A DNA stretch of 63,764 bases, filler included, from Octopus bimaculoides (GCF_001194135.2; 6 parts of 5 records of this genome joined end to end with filler, not necessarily neighbours in it); one strand, 5' to 3'; positions 25,328-38,898 are shown, numbered from the whole stretch's first letter. The notes: generated from the letters alone by a model not told the origin. Program-made: numbers and translations.

Positions 25328-25559
25328 GCATACATACATATATACGTACATACATAGATACATAGATACATACATACATACATGCATACAAACATAAATA
25401 CATGCATACAAACATACATACATATATACATGATGATTGCTTGATCTTGTCGCATGATAACTGTCTCACAGATAATGAGACATCCGTATGCCATTGGATT
25501 TAAATGACAAAAGCTTGTACAACGCTTTTGCCATTCTCTCGGTCGCCATAGTAGGTTTC

Positions 25560-25822
25560 TGTTATATGGACTGTTAGATATGTAATTCGTCTGACATTCC
25601 GTGTGTCACTGTGGTTCGTCTGAGTTCATTGTTTCATTGTTGTTGTCTTGTGTGACTGTCGTAGTAAAATGTCATTGATATATATGGCGGACATGACTTT
25701 TGCTTATTCATAACGAACATTGGGTGAGTGCGTTCTTTGTATGTAATTGAATAATAAATGTAATAATTAAATTGTACAACTCGTTGTGTTATCTCTGCGA
25801 GTCATCCGAGGGAAATACAACA
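25560..25822 (+). mobile_element. Solo LTR (263 bp), BEL/Pao- or Gypsy-type
   Basis: Starts TGTTATA and ends TACAACA (TG...CA, 6/7 inverted termini). Flanked by 5-bp direct repeat GTTTC at 25555-25559 and 25823-25827. AATAATAAA lies ~70 bp before the 3' end. Confidence 0.7.
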
Positions 25823-28554
25823 GTTTCAGTGACAAGCCTTGGAAGATGATTGTTACTACTTTAACAACAGGATTTGTATTAGAGTATCCTTCTTCTCGAA
25901 GTGTTGCTACCTTCTCCGAGGCTTTGTTAAAATAACGGGTGTTTCTTCTACTCTCTGGAAATTTATTCAACCCATAGATGGGACTCTGGGAGATTTACCG
26001 TTCCGGGTCAGAATAGACATGGAAGTAATGGTAATTAAGAGCTAACTCCATGCTCCCAATAACTTTAGAGCATACATACATACAAGATAGGATCGTCAAC
26101 AGCAGATGTGTAGCAGCAGACGACCGCTCCAGTTGAATTTCCTTTACAATTTCGTAAACCTAACTGAATTCAGATCACTAAGTGGCAATTGTTTCTCTTC
26201 TTCATAAAAGGAAACCTTTTATCGACGACTTAACGTTATTGAGACCGGATTACAAAGCATACTTTTCACTTTCTGAGATTTCACTTCTACGATCATGGCT
26301 AACACTAACAACTTCTCCATTATGATCACCAGAAATGATACCATCACCAACACTATTCCCAAATCTTCGAGCTAAGACGGTATAAGTGTTCCCGCTTTAC
26401 TCTTTACATTTAAATCAAAATTTACTCGAATAACCCGTGATAAATTTTCGAATGGCAACATGAAGCGGTGAAAGAATTACTGGAATGAAGTTTGCTCATA
26501 CATTAAACCACTTCACGGCTTATCACCATTGACAACAAGCGTCTTTTGTTTTCCGACAAATGGCTGTTACATCAACAATTGTTATTTAAATTCCTGTGAT
26601 GTTAGTCGATAATCTGAAGACACTCAAAACTCGCCAAAAGCAGCCGATAAAAAGCGAAAGCAAATCACCCACTTCAACGCCGCCCAATCTCTCATATTTC
26701 TAGGTATAAAAAAGATATGACAGAGATGACTGCAAAATAATAGCTTAAAACAATTTTAAATTGTCGTTTGAATATAATTTTTTTCAATTTCTTTCAGCTA
26801 TCTTTAAAACAACAGATTGTTTTTCATGAAAGTCGCGGGGGAAAAAAACGAACTACTTTCATGGTAAAAGTTATTGAGCATATCGCTGGAAACTATATGA
26901 AAATATATGATTGACACATATTGGACAATCAACACCAGTTTATATGTATGCAGCTGCTATCGCTCCAAAAGAATATGTCGGAGTAGCTTAATGAAATAAC
27001 TTGATGCAAATTGTCTAATTATTTTTTAATCTTTTACGTGCTTCAGACATAGGACGAAAGTCATGTTGGGGCACCACCTTAAAGGGTTTTAGTCAAATAA
27101 TTTGTTTGACTCGTGTTAATTTTAAAGTCTGGTACTTATTTTATCGGCCTCTTTTTGCTGAACTACTAAAGTTACAGGGACGTAAACAAACCGACACCGG
27201 TTGTCAAACGGTGTTGGGAGGGGGAGACAAACACATACACACATTACTTTTTTTTGTTGTTTTACTTATTTCATTGCACTGCTGCCATGCTGGAGCACTG
27301 CCTTGAAGGGTCTAGTCATTCAAATCGATCCCAGTACAACAAAAATTATGATAGACCTGAAAATTAAAATGGCGAATGGTTGCGCAAAGGAAGATAAAAG
27401 GAGGCAGGTCTTCCTCACCCTTTTTTCTAAAAAAAAAAAAAAGAGAACCTTCCAACGAGCAGGTTGACGAGACCAATACAAGAAAAAAAACAACACAAAA
27501 TCTATATTAAGGCAGAAAACTAACATACATAGATACGTGAATGCATTGTAAGAAGTTTGTGCCCCAATCACATGGTTCAGTGACACCTTGGCCAAGTGTC
27601 TTCTGCTAAGGCTCCGAACAGGCCAAACATTTGTGAGTGAATTTGAAAGACAAAAACTGAAAGAAGCCCGCCGTNNNNNNNNNNNNNNNNNNNNNNNNNN
27701 NNNNNNNNNNNNNNNNNNNNNNNNNNNNNNNNNNNNNNNNNNNNNNNNNNNNNNNNNNNNNNNNNNNNNNNNNNNNNNNNNNNNNNNNNNNNNNNNNNNN
27801 NNNNNNNNNNNNNNNNNNNNNNNNNNNNNNNNNNNNNNNNNNNNNNNNNNNNNNNNNNNNNNNNNNNNNNNNNNNNNNNNNNNNNNNNNNNNNNNNNNNN
27901 NNNNNNNNNNNNNNNNNNNNNNNNNNNNNNNNNNNNNNNNNNNNNNNNNNNNNNNNNNNNNNNNNNNNNNNNNNNNNNNNNNNNNNNNNNNNNNNNNNNN
28001 NNNNNNNNNNNNNNNNNNNNNNNNNNNNNNNNNNNNNNNNNNNNNNNNNNNNNNNNNNNNNNNNNNNNNNNNNNNNNNNNNNNNNNNNNNNNNNNNNNNN
28101 NNNNNNNNNNNNNNNNNNNNNNNNNNNNNNNNNNNNNNNNNNNNNNNNNNNNNNNNNNNNNNNNNNNNNNNNNNNNNNNNNNNNNNNNNNNNNNNNNNNN
28201 NNNNNNNNNNNNNNNNNNNNNNNNNNNNNNNNNNNNNNNNNNNNNNNNNNNNNNNNNNNNNNNNNNNNNNNNNNNNNNNNNNNNNNNNNNNNNNNNNNNN
28301 NNNNNNNNNNNNNNNNNNNNNNNNNNNNNNNNNNNNNNNNNNNNNNNNNNNNNNNNNNNNNNNNNNNNNNNNNNNNNNNNNNNNNNNNNNNNNNNNNNNN
28401 NNNNNNNNNNNNNNNNNNNNNNNNNNNNNNNNNNNNNNNNNNNNNNNNNNNNNNNNNNNNNNNNNNNNNNNNNNNNNNNNNNNNNNNNNNNNNNNNNNNN
28501 NNNNNNNNNNNNNNNNNNNNNNNNNNNNNNNNNNNNNNNNNNNNNNNNNNNNNN

Positions 28555-28598
<44 letters not shown>

Positions 28599-29378
28599 GT
28601 ACATATATGTATATATGTATATATACATACATACATACATACATACATACATACAAGCATACATCCAGCTTCGGTGGTCCGTCGATCGTCGACGATGATT
28701 ACGTATATAAAATGTCATGAGTTGCGGTATGAGTAGAGAAATGATCTCCTTCATTGATACCTGTACTCAGCTGTCGTGTACCAGCTGCATGTATCAATCT
28801 TCATTCTCTTCCTGTTATGTTTAGCCACATCCGTGTGTCGCAGTCAGGGTCCGCCTTCATTTCTACTACCATATCTTCTAAAACACAAATTTAATATATA
28901 CACGCATGCACACACACACATATTATATACAAGTATGTAAGCACGTATGTATGAAAGCAGGATTGTTCGTATACATTTATATATGCATCTATGTATCTAT
29001 ATGCCTGTGGATGTATGCATGAAGTATGTCTGTATACATCTATATTCTACATGTGATTGTGTCTGCGTATATACATATATAAATATATATATATATGTAT
29101 ATATATATATATGTATATATGTGTCTATATATGTATGCAGTGTATATATGTGTTTGTGTACACACACATAATCATACGAACATTCACACATGCATACATA
29201 CATAAATACATATATACATACATACATATATACATGCACGCGCTCACATACAAACATGCATACATACAAGCATACATANNNNNNNNNNNNNNNNNNNNNN
29301 NNNNNNNNNNNNNNNNNNNNNNTTAATTAATTAANNNNNNNNNNNNNNNNNNNNNNNNNNNNNNNNNNNNNNNNNNNN

Positions 29379-29421
<43 letters not shown>

Positions 29422-30011
29422 CATACATCTATTTATCTATATATACATATATATATATATGCCTACGTACCTAGGTTGGTAGGTAGGTAGGTGTAAATAT
29501 ATATGTATCGAGAATCATTCATAGATAGGTAAACATCTACAAACAGAGACTCTCATACGTAGCATATACTTTTGCATTATCGCTTTCCTCAGTAAACACT
29601 AATCGACATAGTGGTACATATTCAGCTGGATCCTGATGCTGCTGCTAACAAATAGGGAAGCGAAACACGTAGTAGATTGGTTAGCAAGAAACTGTTTCAT
29701 GATTGGTTGAATAAGTAGTCGCTTCGCGATCGAGTAAATAATATTCTTCCAGCTGACATGAGGCATCGATCATATATATATAAATATATATAAATGTGTG
29801 ATTGTGTATGCATGTCTGCATATCTGCATTCGTATATGTATATGTGTATGCATATACCTTTACATATACACTCACATAAATATGTATATATAAATGTATA
29901 TATATATATATATATACACATATATATATGTATATGAATGTATGTACATAAATGTATATACATATATGTGTATATACATATACATACATACACACACAAA
30001 CACACACACAG

Positions 30012-30113
<102 letters not shown>

Positions 30114-30458
30114 CGTGTGCCTGTGTGCATCTGTGTGCACCGGTGTGTATGTGTTTGCTGCAATATTCTGACATGCGTGAGAGAAATGGAGAGAGAAAAA
30201 GAGAGAAAGAGAGAGAATTAAGTTTATATTATAGCTAGTTTTATATGAACTGTAGATGATAATGCGTGTGTATATCCTAAAAATCATGCGCTCACATATA
30301 TAAGTAATATGTAGTTATATGCTATACTGTACGTACGCTGTTATATCTATGTCAAATATAAAGACACATGAACGTTTGCGATATGTATGACTTCACATGT
30401 ATTTTATCACGCATGTATGCATGTAATGTATATATATATACGTATGTATGTGTATGCA

Positions 30459-30494
<36 letters not shown>

Positions 30495-31189
30495 CATATA
30501 TAAAATCTCTTGACAGTATTCAGTATGTGTATTCAGTCAATGATTCTTGAGCTCGTCTGTCGCTGTACGAATATCATAAAAAGTTCTCAGCTATTAAGTA
30601 AATATCAGTTCATGTGCAGTCAGATGTATTTTTTCACAGTTTATCAATCAAGCTCATATACTGATTTATCACATATGCTTTATATCAACATCATTGTCAA
30701 TAACTCATTTCACTAATCGCTTTTTCAATTAATTATAGAAATTTCTTTGCTCTCATATGGATATTAATACGAATATAGATTTGTTCTTCAATCTACTGGA
30801 TGCGGTTCTCTGGCCAACGTTTGATACGTTTTAGCTTACAATCCATCTGCCACGCAGCGTTGTGAGTTGAGATGGATAACTAAAATGAATCATTCTGTTA
30901 GATCTCAGATATTTTGTTCATCGGTGTGGAGAACAAATTACTCTCTCATCCTTTTGACATTCATTTAGCGAATGCAATAAACACACACTTTCTGTCATTG
31001 TAGATTATCATTATTATTATTATTTGTTGTTGGAAATGCAGAGAGGGTATATGGACACTACTGCTGCTAGAAATCTCTGTTGTCAATATCGTTTTAAGTT
31101 ACACACTTCCAGGCACGTGAGTGCGCACGCGCGCTAACACACAAATTTAGTTTCTTGTGGTTGTCTCAATATTAGCTCGCAGCAGGACA

Positions 31190-31400
31190 GTGAAGTGGCA
31201 GAATGGTTAGCACGCTGGTTGGAATGCTTGACTACATTTTATCCGTCTTTACGTTCTGAGTTCAAATTCCGCCGGATTAACTATGCGTTTTATCCTTTCA
31301 GGTTCGATAAAATAAGAACCAGTGAGCACTGGGGTCGATGTAACTGACTTATTTTCATCCCCAAACTTGCTGGCCTTGTGCCAAAATCTGAAACCAATTT
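31190..31400 (+). mobile_element. SINE family C copy
   Basis: gtgaagtggcagaatggttagcacgc...ttctgagttcaaattccgcc...tttatcctttcaggttcgataaaataagaaccag. Confidence 0.8.
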
Positions 31401-31514
31401 TAACTCAGCCACTTTGCCATAAGAGTCATACGACTCTACCAAGATCTAAATTTCGTTGATGAGGCATGATGAGTTCAAGTAGAAAGCTGGAGGTAACTTT
31501 CATAGTTTTACTAC

Positions 31515-31614
31515 TCTGAGTTTTACTCCTTCTCGTAAGATCTGAGTTTTACTCCTTGTCGTAAAATCTGAGTTTTACTCCTTGTCGTAAGATCTGATTT
31601 TTGCTGCTTGTCGT
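31515..31614. repeat. 26-bp minisatellite, about 4 units (tctgagttttactccttgtcgtaaga)
   Basis: Units start at 31515, 31541, 31567 and 31593 (last one degenerate). Confidence 0.9.
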
Positions 31615-32475
31615 GCCTGTGAGACAACCGGGATTAAAATGAGCACTGCAAGTCGACAGGATTGGTTGACTGTTATGAATAGAGAGCAGGGAATAAAAGC
31701 TTCCACTACGTGCCACTAGTTTCACTTGACTTAACTGTATTACCATCACTACATATTAAACATGGAATCTTCAAAATTTTTGTGGGAGTCAATGGACCTT
31801 AAGAGGTAACCAGTCAACTTGTAGAAAAGTATTTTTCTTTGATTAAGCAAAGCAAAGATTAAAGATGGCGTGCTCAATGGATCATACAGTCGAAAACTGA
31901 TGAAGACACATGTTCAGAAATTCATTCAATGAAGTTGAACGACGAGTATATGATGTAATGGGCGAGCTGATATTCGTGTGATGGTAGACTTTCGAAGGCT
32001 TCGCTATTCTTGAATTCGATGCTACTGAACGTGACAGTAACATCAATGCTGTGACTTTTTTGTGTAAAGTTTCTGGATGCATATTGTTATTTTAACAATG
32101 ATTAATTGAACATTAATAAGCACATTACTAAATTACACATAATTTTCACAAGATTAGACACTTTTCTATAAGTAAAGTATATGTGCGATATTGTGTAGAT
32201 CAAAATGTGGACGTGGTAGAGTAAAACGGATTTTATATCCATTAAGGGCACCCTATAATTTACAAAGTAGTCTTTGCTAAAAAAAATTAGTATTATGCAG
32301 TGATTAGTATTATGCCGAGCAGCACGTTGTATTGCATAAGACTGCAGTTGTGCCTTCGACACTTTACCGAAAGAATTATTACGTAGATATTACTGTATAA
32401 TTAATTATATTACATAATATGGAAAACAATACATCGCATAAGTTTTATATATAGTACTTAAAACACACACACACA

Positions 32476-32533
<58 letters not shown>

Positions 32534-34081
32534 CGTCCAAATACAAACACACATAAACACACACAAAACTATATTTCCCCACATCCCCGCCATTGGCATC
32601 TCATTTTTCCGACTTTGAAATAATTTTTTTTCGAAATAGCTGCTACCGCTCTAAACAAACCACATAAACACGATGACATCAGAGAAGCCTCTCCAACATC
32701 AAACACAGACAAATCTACGGCGACAAACTCACAACCACCATTATCATAACCCCCTTCAACAAAACAGAAAACAAACGCAGGAGTCGCACAAACAGACAGA
32801 TGCGCAAACACACCATGAAATCACACCCACTCCTAAAAGTTGTACTAATGAGAAGCACGGTTGTAAAACGAATGTTTTTTTATTGCACAAAGAGAAACAT
32901 TGAAACAGAACGAGGTCTTCAGATCCAGCACTTTTAGTGTCATTAAACCTGGAAATAAGGTTAAACTTGGAGACATACAAAATAGTGAGGAAATATTTCC
33001 CTAATGTTGTGAAAAACCTCAATGCAAGGACCATCTAGAATCCTAAAGAACTTCCAAAACGAACTATAGAGTTCCAAGGAAAGCGAATGTAGGTAACCCC
33101 TTTCACTTACCCTTCCTTCTTGTCTTGTTTTTCTCCCTACAGGTCCACTTTGAGAGTGTGCTGTATAACTGCACGGGGTCTGGAGGCACATCGAAAGATG
33201 GGTCGGGTTACAATTACATTCCCTCTACCTCATGTCATGGGCGCTTCTCTCTCCCTCTTTTTCACGTGAAAGCGTTCCTGACGACCGAAGTAACGCAATG
33301 ACTAGCAGAATTATTTATTATAAGATTATTGTTATTATTTTTGTTTTTACTTTTAGTAGTAATGGTGGTGGTGAAAGAGCTGATGCTAGTTGTGGTAGTG
33401 GAAGTGTTATAAACTCCTGCTTAATAGCAATAAATTATGTTAATTTCCTATGGTAAATACAGTTGCTTATATGAAAAGTATTATCTTAATGTTTTAACGG
33501 AATACAAATCTGATTTCGGTATCTTCACGATATTAACAACGCATTCCATAAGACACAATCCATTTGTCGATCGCCGTAGTTCTGTGTAATCACAGCTGTA
33601 TAGTGAATTGGTTATTGAAAACAATATGTCTCCAGATTGTCTTTTACCATTCCTTACGTAAGAGGAAAATCAGAAACAGACAAAAAAATTAACGACTGTA
33701 ATATTTTATAATCCGATTTCTTCTGTCGTTGATCAGATATCGTTTGTTTCTAAAGAAATCAACAAAGTTAGAATAAAGTAATTTTCCTGAAGACGTTTGT
33801 GATGCGTTAAAGTGAACCTTTGCCTTTTATAATCATATTTAGAATTAAAGCAAAACGTAAAAAGAAAAAAAAATAAACAGAAAAGAAAAAAAAGCAAAAC
33901 GTGATTTCGCAGAAAGGTAAAAAAAAAAATGCAATTATAAACTGCGTTACGATATAATATAATAAACTATTACAATAGAGCATGTAATAATATAGAAATA
34001 TAGTACTATTATTATTATGATATATTATAATATAGTGCTAATATCATAATATATAAAACTATAGTCATGGAGTACGAGAGT

Positions 34082-34472
34082 TGTTGTTGTTGTTGTTTGT
34101 TGTTGTTGGCACTCCGTGGCTTACGACGTCGAGGGTTACAGAACAGCCTGCTCGTGAAATTAACGTGCAAGTGACTGAGCACTCCACAGACACGTGTACC
34201 CTTAACGTAGTTCCCGGGGATATTCAGCATGACACAGTGTGACAAGGCTGGTCCTTTGAATTACAAGGGGCACAACAGAAACAGGAAGTAAGAGTGAGAG
34301 AAAGTTGGGGTGGAAGAGTACAGCAGGGTTCACCACCATCCCTTGCCGGAGCCTCGTGGAGCTTTAGGTGTTTTCGCTCAATAAACACTCACAACGCCCG
34401 GTCTGGGAATCGAAACCGCGATCCTATGACCGCAAGTCCGCTGCCCTAGCCACTGGGCCATTGCGCCTCCAC
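34082..34472 (-). mobile_element. SINE family A, full-length, 11-bp TSD
   Basis: Reverse complement of 8401-8795. TSD agtacgagagt at 34071-34081 and 34473-34483. Confidence 0.95.
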
Positions 34473-34544
34473 AGTACGAGAGTAAATATATCTAAAAACA
34501 AGAACACAGAAAGTTGCCTTCAGTGAAGCACATGAAATCTCAAT

Positions 34545-35135
34545 CAATGGGGAAACTAGGAGAAGAGGTTGAACGCTTTACATATCTTGGTAGCGTTCGT
34601 ACAGCAAATGGCAATGGTGAAACGGACGTAGGATAAAGCATTGTGAAAAGTGCTGGACTATTCAACACACTTCAATCAATATTGCAATTAAAGTGACTCA
34701 CATCACAAACCAGATTAGGATCATTCTGGTCGATTGTTATCTCAACAGCAATCTATGCAGCAGAGATATGAAAGAACAATTCGTACTTTCCAACCCAAAT
34801 ACCTCAATGAATGCTCTCCAAAATGTCAGGCACTAAACGGTAAGATCACAAACAAGGAGGTGCTCCGAAGAGCCAGCGCTACACGCCTGAGATTTGTCAT
34901 CAAGGGCAGAGGACTGAGTCTGGTTGCGGATGTGTAAACACAGAAGACAACATCCAAGCATGAACGGTAATGGCAAGGTTATCAGTTAATGATAAAAAAC
35001 CAAAAGATAGGCCAAAGTAAACTTGAAGACAACCTGCATAGTTTTGGCAAAAATCGGTTTCATGCTTTAACTATTGCTAAAGACAGAGAAATATGGAAGA
35101 GCATAGTGGCCCGTTGCCTTGAGGCTCGAGGAAAC
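34545..35135 (+). mobile_element. RTE-clade LINE 3' fragment, decayed (post-RT region)
   Basis: Translation GEEVERFTYLGSVRTANGNGETDVG*SIVKSAGLFNTLQSI...SIVISTAIYAAEI* matches the RTE motif EEV..F.YLGS....G....DV..RI.KA...F..L...LLYG.ETW. Confidence 0.8.
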
Positions 35136-36679
35136 ATATATTCATAATATTCAATCTTCAATGCTGTTAATTACTTATTCGGCGCATGAGCAGTCTTGAG
35201 AGGGTTGGGTAGACTGTTCCGATTCTCTGTGCTCTGACTTCATATTCCGTCTAAATCAGCTGTTATTTTCATACTTTCGGGCCGATAAGAAGTCAAATAA
35301 TTCCAAGCAGTGGATTGGCTGAAATGTCAAAGAGTCGGGTGGGATATCTTAGAACATCTCTTTCGTTACTCTCCATTGTAAAGCAAAACTTATGACAACA
35401 CTAGCGTCAAGCTGTATCGGTCCACATCGGCGAACTCTGCATAGGAAAACACAGTTGTTGTAGGGATGGTAGGCTTGCATTTATGGGCAACTAATAGTGT
35501 TTCTCAAAAAGTCTTGATCAGAACAGTTCATGGCAATGCATGTTTAATATTGAACACCGGAAATTGCAAATATAATTTACAGTGACACTCAATACTATAA
35601 TATTCTACGCTATTATAATATACAGACGCAGTATGGCAGTATTGTTTTCTCAAATAAGCTTCGTAATCGCGAGTTTGCGAGTTCTGTCTGTCCCTGAGAC
35701 ATTTTGGGCAGGTGAGTTTCACATCAGCCTCGTGTTAGATTATATCTGCAATTTCGAGGTCTACTCTTGACTCACGCCCTGACACTTTGACACTCTCTGA
35801 TCATTATGCAAACGGTATTTATATCTGTGAAGTACTTAGTCATTCACTCGTTAATTTTGATGGTAAATCAGTTAGTGGAATCTTTGAAACTCGTTGTCGA
35901 TAATTCGATCACTTTAACCAAATACCACTGTTGTAACAACATCACAATTGTAATGAAATAAATGATCGACGAGGGCATTATAATATACTTTAAAGTCTTA
36001 GTATGTTATTAAAATTTACTACAATGTTATTCCTGATGTTACAATAGTGCATGTATAATATGTACTATATTATAACATTCTATGGATACAGTGGGGTTTC
36101 GTGTATGTCAATTGGAGAACTTCTTTCGATTATCTAAACAATTGCCACACAAAATTTACTCTAGAAGCTGCGTAACGTTTAAGAGCAATCAAGAGAGATA
36201 ACTCTTATAATAGTTGTTGATCATATGTTTTAAGGGGAAATTTACGCATACAACATTAAAATAAATTTCTACAACATAGGTATACAGTCAGATAGTCGTG
36301 TGAAGATTTAGAAAAATATTTAGTAAGCAATATTTGAAACATGAAATTTTAAAGAATAAAAATATGCACAATTTAGTATGTTAGATTAATCTGCAGCAAG
36401 TTTTTGACATAACTGATTTTCTACTTTCGCCTTAACCATTTTGCTGTTGATTTGTATTTCATAAAACTAGTCGTGAATTCGTCGTGAATAGTTGAAAGGT
36501 AAAATCGACGGCATTTGAACTTAGATTTCAGAGTGCCATTTAAACAAAATGGATAAAGTGCCATCTTATCTCGCATATTTCGCAATATGTTTAGCATATT
36601 ATATGCATAGACCCACCACAATATTCAGTTCTTGGTGCGTCGTAGTAGTTTCTGCGCTTTGATGACCCTCAGAGCTCTG

Positions 36680-36810
36680 CCAACAGAGTGAAAGCTCCTG
36701 ATAGGGCTTCTCATGCTGCATAGGTTAAAGGATAGAGACCAGGCTAATACGGACCATCTCTTGGCAGAGGTAAAAATAGGTTTGTGTAGGCTCATCACCA
36801 ATACTTAAGG
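36680..36810 (+). mobile_element. Possible RTE (Rex3/Expander-like) 5' UTR remnant
   Basis: gaccctcagagctctgcc...gctcctgatagggcttctcatgc...gagaccaggctaa resembles RTE 5' leaders as I remember them. No ORF support. Confidence 0.3.
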
Positions 36811-38371
36811 GAAAGAAAAGGTATAGAAACATTGATGAGAATTCGAAATCAACAAGGAAGTCTTCTCGCATGTGAATATTTGCAAGTATTTGTAAAGGAT
36901 TTATGAAAAACAAGAATCAGAGTTACAGAGTTACAACCCAAATTCAAGAAAAGTTGACCTAAGTTTCACTGGGAGCGAACGGCTTAAGGAATAAATATAG
37001 ACGACCTAAATTGTTCTGGTTGTGAGTAATAACACTGATATATGGACACTTTCGAATACAAGAACTTTATGAGACTCTATTTCACTAATTCGGTGTCTTG
37101 TAAGTGTTTTTGCATTAATTTTTGGTTGAAGTTTTGTGGTAGGCAAAACAAAACAATCCTGTAATCTAGTTTTACATCTCGTTAATAGGATATCATTGGC
37201 TTTGCAATGAATGCAACATAGACTGAAATCATTTTGGGAAGGAAGGAGCGCCGTAAAGCAGTTGTAAAAATTTAGAAAGAAAAATAGATTAGACATTTGG
37301 CAAAAAAAAAAAAGCAATCGAATAACAAAATAAATGTTAGTAGTAAATATGAGATTAATATGTTTATAGCAAAATAAAATACTATCTCTGTGTTAGGCAA
37401 CTGAAAATGTGGTCATAAAACTGGACGAATACACTTTTTTGTTTCAGCTTTCCGTTCTATCTAACACACTTATCAGAGTTACCTTTGAATAAGTAAATGA
37501 ATGAATATATAAATACATAAATATATAGACAGGTAGATAGATGCAAAAAATGATAGATAGATAGATATCGAAAAAGAAGCAAAACAACAAGAAAATAATG
37601 GGTATAATAAGGAAATATGTAAAACTTATGAGGGAAAAGAGAGCCACGCAATTTCGATTTTTTTGTTTCTCTCTATGATGTTTTTGTTGGATTTTTAGAA
37701 TTAAGGATTTGTAAAAGATAAAAGTCAAAGCAACGATACATAAACAAAAATAAAAAAAGACACCACAAAATCAAGAAAAGCAACAATTACAACAACGACT
37801 AACAAACAAAACAAAACTGGCAAACATTTAAAAATAATTAATGATTCGTTAGAAGACAACGTATCAATAATTGAGATCAAAGACACTAGTTTTTTCATGT
37901 CGAATACCACCATTTTTATGGCGGTAGTGATCGGCATCAAATTTACACGACTGTAAATATTCGTGAAAGTTTAGAAGTTATTTTCAATATTATTCGCTTT
38001 TATTAGTATTAAAAGTCGTTGTGTAAACGTCATCTTTTGCGAACACGCAACACAGACATACATTTATAGATGCACATACACTCACGTATGCTCACTTATG
38101 TATATAGATTCGATCACAAGCATCAATTCAATAGTCCATGATACAAGCGTATAAATATACATACATACAGTCACACACACACATATACACTCAGACTCAA
38201 ACATATTCTTACACTTGTACAAACACATAACATCTATATGAATATATATTGTGATTGTATACACACTACTAGCATTTGTGTGCGCATGTGTATNNNNNNN
38301 NNNNNNNNNNNNNNNNNNNNNNNNNNNNNNNNNNNNNNNNNNNNNNNNNNNNNATATATATATATATATAG

Positions 38372-38420
<49 letters not shown>

Positions 38421-38698
38421 CATATACAATTTATAACAAACAATAAGTCGACCTCGGCGGAATTTGAACTCAGAATGTAGCGGCAGACGAAATNNNNNNN
38501 NNNATACATACATACAGTCACACACACACATATACACTCAGACTCAAACATATTCTTACACTTGTACAAACACATAACATCTATATGAATATATATTGTG
38601 ATTGTATACACACTACTAGCATTTGTGTGCGCATGTGTATATATGTGTATATCGATATATGTATATACCTATATAAGTGTCTATTCACCTCTCTGTGA

Positions 38699-38730
<32 letters not shown>

Positions 38731-38898
38731 NNNNNNNNNNNNNNNNNNNNNNNNNNNNNNNNNNNNNNNNNNNNTTAATTAATTAANNNNNNNNNNNNNN
38801 NNNNNNNNNNNNNNNNNNNNNNNNNNNNNNTATATATATATATATATATATGCATATATATATGTGTTTAAACGTACATGCATACATATGTATGTATG

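Noticed and set aside
25432-26050. Sequence flanking the solo LTR as a zinc-knuckle region of an RLE LINE
   Set aside because: Only a vague ERMAKALYKLL resemblance across several frameshifts, and its orientation relative to the CATA tract does not fit the other copies.
31515-31614. CRISPR-like array
   Set aside because: Contiguous repeats without unique spacers, in a eukaryotic context.
31895-31940. CTGATGA...GAAA hammerhead-like core
   Set aside because: Stem II does not close correctly next to the core and stems I/III are missing.
31760-32060. Possible Tc1 transposase C-terminal remnant (LWESMDLKR..., RRVYDV)
   Set aside because: Similarity is too fragmentary and no TIR was found, so it is not supportable without a search.
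35694-35705. tccctgagac resembling the 5' end of miR-125 (and attgcacttgt at ~21633 resembling miR-92)
   Set aside because: Only 10-11 nt match, with no precursor hairpin. The second lies within a LINE fragment.
38150-38641. Exact ~140-bp direct repeat (about 38150-38293 and 38504-38641)
   Set aside because: The identical copies abut N gaps, one of them a 10-N gap. Most likely overlapping contig ends or mis-scaffolding.
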